DNA from: an uncultured archaeon
GTDB lineage: Archaea; Thermoplasmatota; Thermoplasmata; Thermoplasmatales; Thermoplasmataceae
Length of the DNA stretch: 64,000 nucleotides
NCBI GenBank assembly: GCA_000965745.1
Contig: CP009479.1
Coordinates: forward strand, 1,920,001 to 1,984,000
Direction of reading: 5' to 3'
Part shown: one piece after another, positions 10,316 through 20,968 of the stretch
Layout of the letters: each line of letters begins with the position of its first letter
Numbering within the stretch: position 1 is the first letter of the stretch
Position numbers and translations under genes: made by a program
Notes under the pieces: generated by a model
The model's database searches: none
Told to the model about the DNA's origin: nothing
Seen by the model: the letters and a program-made list of their open reading frames with translations, nothing else

Positions 10316-10921
10316 TCATCCCATTTTTGAGCCAAGGTTTGTAGCGCGTAACACGTTTACGAATTCCCTTGGTATCCCCTTTGCTACGAGGTATTCCCAA
10401 TCCGGTATGATCCCTTTTGAAATAGCTGTGTTTATGAGGTCTGTAAGTGGAACATAGACAGTTTCTGGTGCATAGACAGTTCCAAGCACCCATGGGGGGA
10501 CGTCGAAATAATTTCTGTATCTCCCTGGAACAATGTCAATCAGTACCTCATTGAGAGTAGAAGAAATGTCCTCGTTGTAATACCACCTCTTTACATTGAA
10601 GTTCTGGAAGTTTGCCTTTGGAGTGTATACCTTCCATTCCACCCCGTACATTTTTTCAGTTCCGACAAAATTTGCGTTATTGCCAAAGTTGTCTATTATT
10701 GTCTGTGGCGGAGCCTCTTCTTTTCCGGTTGAAGCATTTATCACTTTTATGTTGAAGCGCTTGTACACGCCCATGTATTTCTGGATCAGTCTCTCCAGTT
10801 CCTCTGCCTCCCCTTCTGTAATTGATAAGTCATTCTCTATCTGTTCCGAAACTGCAGAATATTCCTCCAGAGAGGAATTCAGAATGAGCTTCAGATAATA
10901 ATTAAACCTGTCACCTGACAT
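10316..10921 (-). CDS. Hypothetical protein
   Basis: 201-aa ORF with ATG start and AT-rich upstream region; no family recognised. Confidence 0.7.
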   Translation of the reverse strand: MSGDRFNYYLKLILNSSLEEYSAVSEQIENDLSITEGEAEELERLIQKYMGVYKRFNIKVINASTGKEEAPPQTIIDNFGNNANFVGTEKMYGVEWKVYTPKANFQNFNVKRWYYNEDISSTLNEVLIDIVPGRYRNYFDVPPWVLGTVYAPETVYVPLTDLINTAISKGIIPDWEYLVAKGIPREFVNVLRATNLGSKMG

Positions 10922-11107
10922 AAGCAGACTCTCACATGATATACCATCGTGGCTACGTATACCAATGAAAATTAATATTTAATGATAACGTAGGTTCGCA
11001 AACCAATGATAAATTTCGTTTCACGGGCATTGCTTTGAGAAAACTCTGTATTTTCCAGTGTTTGTAGTTATGTATGCAGCTACATTACTTTATTTATACT
11101 TGGACAT

Positions 11108-12100
11108 ATGAAGAAAAATATGGCTATCGCACAACTTGAGGACGATGTTTTGACATACCTCGAAAGAACGGCAGATATCAGGGAGCTTTACTATGAGCAA
11201 AAGCTCCTTTCTCACATTGAAGGGTATGATCTGGAAAATGATCTGTTTGCAGTAACACCATGGGATATAGAACAGGTAGCCCTGAACACAGGGGCTGGGG
11301 ATTCCACCGAAGTAGTAAACGTACTTGAAAAGTATCGAGACTTTTTTAAGGTGGAAGAAACCGGGGATGGCCTCACTGTAGTGAAACTTATTTCCGACGC
11401 ATTCCCTGAAAAGCTGAAGAGAGGAGTTCCTGAACGGAGCAAGTCCAAAAGCATCACTGTGGAGGATGCGTTCAAATGGTACCTTTACCATAAGATCAGG
11501 GAACAATCCGGGAACGGTACCATGCTGGTGAACATCAGGGACGGCATTTTTTCAATTAAGAATGAGCTCTTTCTACCCGACGATTTTGTGCCGCGTGTAA
11601 TGATGGAAATGGTTGAGGGCAGCAAGATGGTAGATGTTGTTCAGACATGGAGAAACCTTCAGCCATCAAATCAGGGCAATGCCATTTTCCTTTATGGAAA
11701 ACATGACAAGGGAAAATTTCTGGAGCCTGACTCCCTATTCTTCAATTCCAGCCCTGAAGGTGCTGTGCCTGATATGCTACCGGAACTCGGGGAGAAGATA
11801 AGTGCATCTTTCCTGAAATTTCAGGGTACCCGGGAATATGAGGATTTCATTTTCAGCAGGATAATGAGAAATGTGATTTTCAATGTAGAGACTAAGGATA
11901 AAAGGGAGCTCAAAAAACCTCTCTTTGACAGCGGAAAACTGAAAATTCTCGAGAAAAGGGGAATAGCCGTGATAAGGGATGGTTCTGGGATCGTGCCGGA
12001 TGGAGTCAGCATTGAAGAACTTAAGAGTGCCAGGGCAGAAGCAGAGAAAAGTGCTGGAAAAGTCTCAGATATCTGGATGGGAAGCCATATCGGCCTCTGA
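11108..12100 (+). CDS. Hypothetical protein
   Basis: 330-aa ORF with TTTATTTATA box just upstream; no family recognised. Confidence 0.75.
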   Translation: MKKNMAIAQLEDDVLTYLERTADIRELYYEQKLLSHIEGYDLENDLFAVTPWDIEQVALNTGAGDSTEVVNVLEKYRDFFKVEETGDGLTVVKLISDAFPEKLKRGVPERSKSKSITVEDAFKWYLYHKIREQSGNGTMLVNIRDGIFSIKNELFLPDDFVPRVMMEMVEGSKMVDVVQTWRNLQPSNQGNAIFLYGKHDKGKFLEPDSLFFNSSPEGAVPDMLPELGEKISASFLKFQGTREYEDFIFSRIMRNVIFNVETKDKRELKKPLFDSGKLKILEKRGIAVIRDGSGIVPDGVSIEELKSARAEAEKSAGKVSDIWMGSHIGL

Positions 12101-12418
12101 AACTTTCTACCACAGCCTGGGAAAGTTACAGCATTCCCAATGAAGGTCAAAAAGATAGCATGCCTTTCTCAACATATTTTCAGGCAGCTCATACGAAGGT
12201 ATTTCCCTTTGAATTAGAGCCAGCATAAAAACAGATCCTCAATGGAGTTTTCAACTGTTGTCTTCAGGGAAACAGTGCAAGGTGCCTATAGAATTCGAGT
12301 GCAGTCATTGATAGACATGAGGTGCAGGCCCCCTGCATTAGCGTTCAGGCATCCCGTGGATTATCAGACCTTGGAATCATAAATAGAGCCAAATAGTACA
12401 AAAAAATCATGTAGCATA

Positions 12419-12541
12419 ATGCCTGCCGGAAAAGAAGTCGACAAAGATGATGAGTTTCCTGTAAAACATTTCATATATCTGATAATAGGCACAATTGCCA
12501 TAGCCATAGTGGTAGTGCTTGCAATTCCCCTGCTGAGCTGA
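12419..12541 (+). CDS. Small single-pass membrane protein (40 aa; not in ORF track)
   Basis: MPAGKEVDKDDEFPVKHFIYLIIGTIAIAIVVVLAIPLLS: charged N-terminus plus one TM helix. Confidence 0.55.
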   Translation: MPAGKEVDKDDEFPVKHFIYLIIGTIAIAIVVVLAIPLLS

Positions 12542-12583
12542 ATATTTTCATGTCTATGCATCAAGGCTGCACTACAGGCATTT

Positions 12584-13150
12584 TTACCGCATCGGAGCAG
12601 GTATCCTCTCGATTCGTGAAAAAAGAATAAATGAGGTGTATTTGTCATTGCTGAAGAAGGCGTCCTGCTCTATTCCTTCAACTTCAAACCCATTGTTGAT
12701 TAGGACCCTCATGGATGCAAGATTTCCTTCAAGAACCTTTGTCTGAAGCCTTCTCAGTTTGAGCTCCCCGAAGGCATAGTTGCATGCAAGGCCGACAGCC
12801 TCCGTAGCTATCCCTTTGCCTCTGAACTGGCGTCCCACCCAGTAGCCGATATGCGCCTTTCTGTCAAGAAAATTTATGTCACTAAGCCCGACAATACCAG
12901 CTGCCCTGTTCTTGTAAAGAATGAGGAAGTCCACGGCAAAGGGAACTGATCCCGTATCCCTGTTCCTCTCTATGAATTCCACTGCATTCTCGACACCATA
13001 AGGGTGAGGGAAGCTATGGGCACCAATTTTATCCCTTATTTCTATATCGTTTGCCAGAGATGCTATTTCTTCCGCATACCTGATATCGATAGGCGAATCC
13101 AGGGTGATATTCACCCCCGTTAGCTTAGTAAGTCTAGATACACTGGACAC
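12584..13150 (-). CDS. GNAT acetyltransferase, RimJ/RimL family
   Basis: FPHPY, IGYWVG..FRGKGIATEA, NLASMRVL..NGF. Confidence 0.9.
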   Translation of the reverse strand: MSSVSRLTKLTGVNITLDSPIDIRYAEEIASLANDIEIRDKIGAHSFPHPYGVENAVEFIERNRDTGSVPFAVDFLILYKNRAAGIVGLSDINFLDRKAHIGYWVGRQFRGKGIATEAVGLACNYAFGELKLRRLQTKVLEGNLASMRVLINNGFEVEGIEQDAFFSNDKYTSFILFSRIERIPAPMR

Positions 13151-13246
13151 AATTATTCACCAAACGGCTTTGTAGTACATATTGTAGGTATTGAAAAAAT
13201 TGTCGCAATGGGTTATAGTATGTGAACCGCAATAGATTTATTCAGG

Positions 13247-13906
13247 TTGAACCGTATAGTTTCTGGATCTGTATTGAAATTTAGCAAGGCGTTCTTTGTA
13301 GCCGGAATAATTGGCCCATTGGTTACGATTATACTAACTGTGACAGACACATTCATTTCCCCATGGTTCAGCTGGACCCAGAATGCTCTGAGTGATCTTG
13401 GAGTGAACCGGTACTCCTATCTGTTTAATTACTCGCTCATTTTCGAAGGTGTAATGAATTTCTTATTCGCACTGGGACTGATGAACTTCTATGGTTTGAA
13501 GAAGTTGACTGTTGTTTCCCTCATCATAAGTGGGTTGAGCCTTTCCATGGTTGGAATTTTTGTGGAGACCTATCACCCATTCCATCTCGTATTTGCCCTC
13601 GTATATTTCATCCTCTTCCCGCTCGCGATAATAATGTTCAGCAGGGAAATCGGGAGAGAGCATCCTATCCAGTCTAGAACCGGTTATGCATTGTCAGCAG
13701 CTTCCCTGGTTACCATAATAATCGGTGTCGCGGTTGCTTTCGGGTTTATCGGCAATGCAAGCATAGGACTGGCCATTCCGGAGATGGTTGAAGCCGTTCT
13801 TCTTGGAGGCTGGAGCGTGTATATCGGAAGCTGGTCGCTTACCATGGGCAGCCAGTCGGGAGCCTCAAATCCATTGCAGGAAACGGAGGCCAGGGCTCAC
13901 CAGTAA
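13247..13906 (+). CDS. DUF998-family membrane protein
   Basis: SPWFSWTQNALSDLG, VGIF..H, AIPE. Confidence 0.8.
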   Translation: MNRIVSGSVLKFSKAFFVAGIIGPLVTIILTVTDTFISPWFSWTQNALSDLGVNRYSYLFNYSLIFEGVMNFLFALGLMNFYGLKKLTVVSLIISGLSLSMVGIFVETYHPFHLVFALVYFILFPLAIIMFSREIGREHPIQSRTGYALSAASLVTIIIGVAVAFGFIGNASIGLAIPEMVEAVLLGGWSVYIGSWSLTMGSQSGASNPLQETEARAHQ

Positions 13907-13919
13907 CTTTTTCCGGAGA

Positions 13920-14600
13920 TCAGGATCCTGCCTTCAGCAGATTTATCCTTGCTGAACCCGGATTAAAGAAGCCCGCCCACAGAAGGAGTATTCCTACAAA
14001 CTCTGCATAGTAGAGAAATGCAGGAAATTTGGCGATATAGAGCGTCCCTGCTACACTAACGATTATGACTCCGGCGATTATGCTCAGCATTTTTCTGTTG
14101 TGAGTTCTCCTGTAACTTACGATTGCAACATACAGGATTATCACGGCTGCTGGGAAGGTGATCAGAGATGATGATAATATCACAAGCAGAGGTAGGGCTC
14201 CAAACACTACGTAGTTAGATATGATGTTTCCAACATCTGACACTGCCAGTGTTGCAAGAAGGAGGATTGTTGCCGCTATAGAATATGCATAATAGGCTTT
14301 CAGTGGCTTCTGAGATCCAGATAGCTGAAGTGAGCCAATCGCAAGGAACTGCACAAGCAGGGCCACAATCGCAAGGTAGGATTTTATGAGTATCTGTGAA
14401 TAGATGCCTACTGAGAAAATGAACTCTTCAAGGACGCCAAAAGTGAACAGCCAGAGACCTATACTCCATGAAGCATAATTGGCACTTCTCCTGGACAGGT
14501 AACTGCTCGTCAGAAAAACGCTCAAAACGATGCTCAGTATCATTATCAAAGCTGTAGAAAACTGAGTTATGGCCTGTGCATCCAGATTTATAGCCGTCAT
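13920..14600 (-). CDS. Multi-pass (about 7 TM) membrane protein
   Basis: Alternating hydrophobic segments throughout 226 aa. Confidence 0.75.
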   Translation of the reverse strand: MTAINLDAQAITQFSTALIMILSIVLSVFLTSSYLSRRSANYASWSIGLWLFTFGVLEEFIFSVGIYSQILIKSYLAIVALLVQFLAIGSLQLSGSQKPLKAYYAYSIAATILLLATLAVSDVGNIISNYVVFGALPLLVILSSSLITFPAAVIILYVAIVSYRRTHNRKMLSIIAGVIIVSVAGTLYIAKFPAFLYYAEFVGILLLWAGFFNPGSARINLLKAGS

Positions 14601-14712
14601 GTTTATCCATCACACTTCCTTGTATTGAGCCATCCTTGAACGCATGGAAATACCAGGAGGTGATTCCCGAATCGGATATAAAAGAGAACGCTTAATGCTG
14701 AATGGTTTCATT

Positions 14713-15330
14713 TCAGCTCTGGCTCTGAAAAGTGGTATCCACGAGCGAAGGGTCGCTCAACCTCTCCATGTGCTTATCAATCTTCCTGGATTCGTGGAAT
14801 ATGTATATTGCCATAGTTGCCAGTGCCACTGCAAATATGAGAGTTCCACCAAACACTATTCCGTTCATGAATGTGACTGTATAGTCGTCCTTGATGTACA
14901 GGAAGAATAGCTCCACGAGCTCAGAAACAGAAACCGCTACCCCATAGAACAGGATGTTCAATCTCAACAGGAAGGATACAGATCTTGCCTTGTAGATGAA
15001 CGCAGATGGTGAATATGCCCTCTTCAGAGAACTGTACAGTTTCTCGATTTCCGGTCCAGCTGACTGAACTGACTCCAGGAGTTTGTCCTCGATATCTTCC
15101 CTGCCTTTCTGCCCCTCGTCAAAGAGTATGTCTACAATTCTGTTTGCCTCAGGGCTGGCAAAAAAGGAAACGATATCCTTGGTCATTACAAGGTACAGGA
15201 CCCTCTGAAGCAGGCTCGTCCTGTCTTCAAGTTTCGCGAAATATCCATCAAATGTTCTTCTTAAGGCAATGAAGGCCACGATGCATAGAACCAGGATAGA
15301 AATCGGGATTATGACAGGTATAACTGACAC
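14713..15330 (-). CDS. Hypothetical membrane protein
   Basis: N-terminal TM, helical soluble part, two C-terminal TMs. Confidence 0.7.
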   Translation of the reverse strand: MSVIPVIIPISILVLCIVAFIALRRTFDGYFAKLEDRTSLLQRVLYLVMTKDIVSFFASPEANRIVDILFDEGQKGREDIEDKLLESVQSAGPEIEKLYSSLKRAYSPSAFIYKARSVSFLLRLNILFYGVAVSVSELVELFFLYIKDDYTVTFMNGIVFGGTLIFAVALATMAIYIFHESRKIDKHMERLSDPSLVDTTFQSQS

Positions 15331-15575
15331 GTGCAGTCTAGAAGAAATAGTATAAATAATTCTTTGCCCGTAATAGTTACATAAGAAATTTCGGCATTCT
15401 TCCCTGTTTCAGTTATAATGCTGTGTTAGGAATGCTGATCGTCAATAGAGGCCGGTCTATCCTCCCATAGAAGCCTATGAGAGACCTTTTGGGTGGGACG
15501 TAAATGGCCCTGCAACTCCGAAAGGTTAAGCGTAACTGTTTTTGAATGTCTATCGATTGAAATCGTATAGGGTAG

Positions 15576-15830
15576 ATGAATATGGATGAGTATTATGAAA
15601 AATTGCTTTCGATGGTTGAAAGGATTGCATTTTCAGTGATCGGCCTGGTCCTGGCAATATATCTGTTGAACTTCGTTGCGTCCCTGGGACCGGGAACTTA
15701 TGGATCAACACTCCTTGACGGAATTTCTGTTTACCTTGTTCTTGGATCGGTCATTCTTATACTGTGGGTAGCATACAATGTGTTCAACCTCGGAAGAGGC
15801 TATACGGAGTCCAGGAGCCGCAAAAGATAA
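15576..15830 (+). CDS. Small 2-TM membrane protein
   Basis: Two hydrophobic helices and a basic C-terminus. Confidence 0.65.
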   Translation: MNMDEYYEKLLSMVERIAFSVIGLVLAIYLLNFVASLGPGTYGSTLLDGISVYLVLGSVILILWVAYNVFNLGRGYTESRSRKR

Positions 15831-15927
15831 TCCATGCCATCAAATAACCATCCGGAAACCAAGTCTTCTTTTGGCATTGGGCGTGCTTGACAGAAGCCAG
15901 TATCCGTTCTCAAAACCTTATGCAGTC

Positions 15928-16304
15928 TTATGCATGGATTTTCGGAACGTGTGCCGCCCCAATCGAACCCGCCCCAGAAGCATTAGGCATGCTTCTGATG
16001 TACAGGTATTCACCCATCATTGGCAGCACAGAGGCTTCCTCACTCACGACGAACGGGTCTCCGCAAAGGCCAGGGCCACTGAGGTAGATCGCCAGTGAGG
16101 CGGGCCTGTCCCTGTCGTAGTCCTGGCCATATGTTTCATATCTCGATATCTTCCAGACCTGTTGAGGTACGTTCTCATCTTTTTGCTATCGGGCATCATT
16201 CCCTCTCTGTCCCATTTCCTAATGGTAGTGGGGTTGATCTGCAATATATCAAAGGCATCTATGAGGGTGTAGAGTTTCTCCCTTTTCCAGCTGTTAAAAC
16301 CCAT
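15928..16304 (-). mobile_element. Internally deleted IS607-like relic: TnpA N-terminal HTH joined to TnpB C-terminus
   Basis: LYTLIDAFDILQINPTTIRKWDREG (MerR-type HTH), then in another frame PQQVWKISRYETYGQDYDRDRPASLAI...LCGDPF...EYLY ending at TAA 15928 (TnpB RuvC-III DRD motif). Confidence 0.7.
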
Positions 16305-16602
16305 TCAAAGGCTCTTGCATTTAGATACGTTGAGGTTCAGGAAAGTTGGCCCCATTACAGGAGAAGTGAGCAGTAAGTAGATGCGAGACCTTCAGGACGG
16401 TCTTGAAGGTCAGCTGTTGCTCCCCGGATCAAGAAAATATAACGAGCCCGGGCTGCCATGAAACGGCATTTTTCAGAGAAGGCGCTCTGCAACCGGACAT
16501 GGTGTTTCCATGGGGATGTTACAAGGTTTGTAAATTATTCAACGGAAATAATGGCCGATGGTTCGAACGGCATCACAACCAGCCCGGGCCATTCAGGTCA
16601 CC

Positions 16603-18057
16603 TTATTCAACAGATGATGAGAAGTCGCTGTTCACCATTTCAAGAAATGCTTTTTCGACGATTTCTGACGGGAGATACCTTATGAGCTCGTAAAGGAGGT
16701 TCTTATTCTTATTCAATGGGCTGTCCTCCGAAGTCAGAACCTCGATCAGTTTTGGTCCGTCTATCTTGCCATTTCCTGCGCCAACCTCCTTCATTATCTG
16801 ATCCAGTGTTCTTGGATGCCTGCTTTTCAGGGATTCAGTGATTTCGCTTAGATCCTCGATAAAGTCAGGTGCAACCTTGTCATGAACCGGAGACGAGTTG
16901 AGATGGAGGCTTGGGGGCATTCCCATTTCGGATGAGCCCGGCTGCACCTGGAGGAACCATCCTTTTTCCTTGAGTTTGGCGCCTACCTCAAATATGTCAA
17001 TAGAATCGCTGGTGAATGCGAATATTGTTGTTTCAGCCTCTCCCACGATCCTGTATCCCAGGGACGTTATGCCCTTCACTATCTGTTCCTTTGCGCTTAC
17101 TGTCCTTCTTGCCAGATTAAGATAACCCTCTTCGCCAAGATAGTTCAGCACTGCCCATGACGCCGCAAGTGGGGCTGATGACTTAGTTGACTGAACCCCT
17201 ATATTTGACATCGGGTATCCGGGCCAGTCTGCGTTAACATAAAGCTGGTATTTCCTCAGATCCTTGTTTCTGTAGAGAATCACTGAAGATCCCTTAGGGG
17301 TGTACCCGTACTTATGGAGGTCAACTGAAATGCTGGATACGCCTGGGACTGAAAAATCCCACTTCTTGACAGGAACGCCTATCTTATCGAGGAAAGGCAG
17401 GATAAGGCCCCCTACACATGCGTCAACGTGCAGCCATACCTTGTTCTCTGAAGCGATTTCAGCAATCTTTTCGATCGGGTCGATTCCACCGTACGGGAAA
17501 TTAGGGGCGGATGAGATCACAATCGCAGTCTTATCGCTGATTGCGTTCCTGATTGTTTCAGGCTCTACGAGGTAACTCTGGCTGCTAACCGGTATAAGAA
17601 CAGGCTTCATTCTCAGATATTCAGCAGCTTTTCTGAAGGCAGGATGGGCAGTTACAGGTATGACAATTTCAGGGGTCGGTGCACCGCTTCCCCTTTTTTC
17701 AAGGAACTGGTCGCGTGCAGCTTTGACGGCTATCAATATGCTTTCTGTCCCACCAGTGGTAAAGTTGCCTGTGACCTTCTCGTCGCCGTTGAGGAGCGAG
17801 CCAATCATAGCAACTACTTCGTTCTCAAGCCTTAATGTGCTTGGGAAAGCGTGATAATCCATAGCGTTTCTGTTAAGAAACTTCACATAGATATCATTGA
17901 TTCTCGCCAGTTCTTCCAGCCCTGAATCGTAAAGGTATGTGAACAGTCTTCCACCCTTCACCTTTATGTCATCTTTAGTGTATTCTTCAAGCCTGGCAAA
18001 CACATTCTCCATGGGCTCCGATTTTGCCGGGAGTCTTCTCAACATAACATTCCTCAC
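16603..18057 (-). CDS. Group II PLP-dependent decarboxylase / sphingosine-1-phosphate lyase-like enzyme
   Basis: TTGGTES, AHPAF.KA, HVDACVGG, SVDLHKYG (PLP lysine). Confidence 0.88.
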   Translation of the reverse strand: MRNVMLRRLPAKSEPMENVFARLEEYTKDDIKVKGGRLFTYLYDSGLEELARINDIYVKFLNRNAMDYHAFPSTLRLENEVVAMIGSLLNGDEKVTGNFTTGGTESILIAVKAARDQFLEKRGSGAPTPEIVIPVTAHPAFRKAAEYLRMKPVLIPVSSQSYLVEPETIRNAISDKTAIVISSAPNFPYGGIDPIEKIAEIASENKVWLHVDACVGGLILPFLDKIGVPVKKWDFSVPGVSSISVDLHKYGYTPKGSSVILYRNKDLRKYQLYVNADWPGYPMSNIGVQSTKSSAPLAASWAVLNYLGEEGYLNLARRTVSAKEQIVKGITSLGYRIVGEAETTIFAFTSDSIDIFEVGAKLKEKGWFLQVQPGSSEMGMPPSLHLNSSPVHDKVAPDFIEDLSEITESLKSRHPRTLDQIMKEVGAGNGKIDGPKLIEVLTSEDSPLNKNKNLLYELIRYLPSEIVEKAFLEMVNSDFSSSVE

Positions 18058-18429
18058 ATCTCAGTTCAAGTATATAAATTTAGTTATAACCATATATTTA
18101 ATTCACTATATCGAATTACTAAATTTGTCATCACTTTTCGCCCATAGTCGGTGAAATAGCTATTCTTGCTCATATTACGATGGTCACCGCTAAGTTGGCA
18201 TTTTAGATAAACCTTATGATTTATTGGCAGGGATCAGAGTGGATCAGTTTTAGCCTGCAAGTCCTTTTCATGTCAAGAACTGGTGTGGGCTTCCCCCATG
18301 CCTTCTTGTTCCCGCCCAATGAAACGCAAATCCTGAAATCCGGACGGCAGTATATTGAAATATTATTTTGGATTACTTTATCGAGTCTGATTTGTAGTTA
18401 ACTAATTCAATCGGATTTAGAGTGGGACG

Positions 18430-19131
18430 ATGAAGAGCAACAGGAATGAAAACGATTTTCCAGGACTTCTCGGTGTGCTTGGAGGCATGGGGCCCGCAGC
18501 AACGCTCGATTTTCTTGACAAACTGCTGAAGCTGACCAATGCGGAGACTGACCAGGAACAGATACCGACTATAACGTACAATAACTGCATGATTCCTGAC
18601 AGGAATGAGGCTTACCTTAGGGGTGGAGAATCACCTGTACCGGAACTGATAAGGAGTGCCAGGGTTCTTGAAAATGCGGGAGTAGACATGATAGCTATGC
18701 CCTGCAACACAGCGCACATCTGGTTTGATTCCCTGGTGGAGTCAACAGCAGTCGAATTCCTCAATATGCCGGGAATAACTGCAGACTGTATACCCGATGG
18801 TGCCAGTGTAGGAATTATTTCGACGACCCCGGTCAAACTCTCAGGGCTTTACGCCAGCAAGCTCGCGGAAAGGGGTGTTGTTGTGAAGTACGGCAAAGAC
18901 CAGGACGAAATAATGAAGGCAATATATCTGGTAAAATCAGGCGACCTCAAAGATGCAAAAAGAATATTCATGGAGCAGATAGACCTTCTTGAGTCAGAGG
19001 GAGTTGATCACATACTTGCCGGATGCACCGAAGTTCCGCTAGTTGTTTCAGAGGATGACCTGAATTCCAGGCTGATCGATCCAATGGAATGCCTTGCCCT
19101 CGAATGCATAAGAAAATTCGGCAAGAAATGA
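18430..19131 (+). CDS. Aspartate/glutamate racemase family (Asp racemase type)
   Basis: GGMGPAAT, PCNTAH and GCTE two-cysteine motifs. Confidence 0.9.
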   Translation: MKSNRNENDFPGLLGVLGGMGPAATLDFLDKLLKLTNAETDQEQIPTITYNNCMIPDRNEAYLRGGESPVPELIRSARVLENAGVDMIAMPCNTAHIWFDSLVESTAVEFLNMPGITADCIPDGASVGIISTTPVKLSGLYASKLAERGVVVKYGKDQDEIMKAIYLVKSGDLKDAKRIFMEQIDLLESEGVDHILAGCTEVPLVVSEDDLNSRLIDPMECLALECIRKFGKK

Positions 19132-19177
19132 TTTCCTCTGCAAATTCTTTTTATCAGGACATCCATTTCCTGTAAAC

Positions 19178-20962
19178 ATGAAGAGCCCTGAAGAATCCTA
19201 TAGGTTGGAAGTCGTTTCAGACCCTTATGTTTCCGGGAACTTTGCATATTTTACATTGAACTGGATAGAGGATGGAGAGTACAGATCCTCCATCTACAGA
19301 TTTAATGGTGAGAAGGTTGACAGAGTGACCTTCGGGGGCCACGAGAAGATGCCTTCTTTCTTCAATGGAAAATTCCATTACGTGTCGTATACAAAGAAGA
19401 AGGAATCCCTGATGCTCCAGGAAGAATTCAAGGAGCCGAGGGAGATATTTTCCAACGAGTCCATCCAAAAATATCTGTATCACAAAAACACGCCAATTGT
19501 TATGACCCAGGATTCTTCAAACGAAGAGGAGCCCTTCATAACTGACAGGCTGAAGTACAGGTTTGATACCAAAGGGTACCTGAGGACAAGAGTCAGGCTC
19601 GTCGCATTGGAAGACTCCCCCAGAAATCTTGTATCGGGCGACTTCGATGTTGTTGATTTTGACTCGAATGGAAAAGTAGTCATTTTCAGCGCCACGATTG
19701 AAGATGATGATCGCGGCCTTCAGGATATTTATGAACTCAATGTGGCAGATAGCTCCTACAGAAGGTTGACATCAGGTTCTGGAGAAGCTCCACTGGTTTC
19801 TGTCAACCTTGATGGTGAGATCGCATACATTGGCCATAGAAATGGGATTAGCCCGTGGACACCCTCTTCACTGGTTTTTCCAGGGACTGAAAGAACCATT
19901 GGCATTGGAAAGAACGCGGGCAACACTGTCAACTCGGACCTTTTTGTGCCGGGTTCAAATTCACTTCTGCTTGATAACGGAAAGTATTTTCTAATAGGGC
20001 AGGAAGGGGGTAAATCACACATCTACGCATATGACGGGAATGAAGTTCTGAAAATAACTGATGGAAACATTTCGGTAAGAGCCTTCCATGTGAATGACGG
20101 CAAGGTTGCGTATGTCTATTCTTCACCGGAGAGACCGTCTGTGCTTGTATTCAAGGGAGAGTACGACCCGAACCCTGATTTCAGGGGAAGAAAGCCCATG
20201 AGGATAGAAGTCAACGGCATGGAAGCCTGGCTGATAGAATCCTCCAAAGAGAATCCTACAGTTCTGGCAGTCCATGGGGGTCCACAGACTGCGTACGGGT
20301 ATGCATACAGCATTGAGTTCAACTTCCTTGCAGATAACGGCTATAATGTGCTATACGGCAACCCCAGAGGGAGTGACGGGTACGGTGAGGATTTCGCTGA
20401 AGGCTGCGTTGGAGATTGGGGAGGGAAGGATTTTGAGGACCTCCTCGGATTTGTGGATGCATCTATGAAGGAATTGGGGCTTTCTGATAACTTCGCCATC
20501 ACAGGAGGTTCATACGGCGGATACATGACTAATGCTGCAATTGTGAAGACTGATAGGTTTAAATGCGCAATTTCTGAAAGGTGTGTCTCCAATCTTATGA
20601 GCATGTGCGGAACAAGTGATATTGGATTCTGGTTCAATGCCATAGAATCTTCAGTGGATGACCCATGGTCTGAAGATGGCATCAGGAGGCTTCTTGAACT
20701 GTCACCCGTGACCAGGGCCAAGAATGTCCGGACCCCAACAATGTTCGTCCATGGCGAAAATGACTACAGGTGCCCGATAGAACAATCCGAACAGATGTAC
20801 AACGCAATCAGGATGAACGGTGTCGATACTTTGCTTGCAAGATATCCGGGAGATACTCACGAACACGCGAGGAGAGGGATTCCGGAGAACATGAAGGACA
20901 GGCTGAAAAGGAAACTTTCATGGTTTGACACCTATATGAAGAAAAAAAGAAGAGACGAATGA
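19178..20962 (+). CDS. S9 family (acylaminoacyl) peptidase
   Basis: HGGP, NPRGSDGYG, GGSYGG, DYRCP, catalytic His in HEH. Confidence 0.92.
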   Translation: MKSPEESYRLEVVSDPYVSGNFAYFTLNWIEDGEYRSSIYRFNGEKVDRVTFGGHEKMPSFFNGKFHYVSYTKKKESLMLQEEFKEPREIFSNESIQKYLYHKNTPIVMTQDSSNEEEPFITDRLKYRFDTKGYLRTRVRLVALEDSPRNLVSGDFDVVDFDSNGKVVIFSATIEDDDRGLQDIYELNVADSSYRRLTSGSGEAPLVSVNLDGEIAYIGHRNGISPWTPSSLVFPGTERTIGIGKNAGNTVNSDLFVPGSNSLLLDNGKYFLIGQEGGKSHIYAYDGNEVLKITDGNISVRAFHVNDGKVAYVYSSPERPSVLVFKGEYDPNPDFRGRKPMRIEVNGMEAWLIESSKENPTVLAVHGGPQTAYGYAYSIEFNFLADNGYNVLYGNPRGSDGYGEDFAEGCVGDWGGKDFEDLLGFVDASMKELGLSDNFAITGGSYGGYMTNAAIVKTDRFKCAISERCVSNLMSMCGTSDIGFWFNAIESSVDDPWSEDGIRRLLELSPVTRAKNVRTPTMFVHGENDYRCPIEQSEQMYNAIRMNGVDTLLARYPGDTHEHARRGIPENMKDRLKRKLSWFDTYMKKKRRDE

Positions 20963-20968
20963 CGTGGA

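Noticed and set aside
15450-15530. Possible structured RNA (short stems, GAAA loop)
   Set aside because: Pairing is weak and matches no family I recognise
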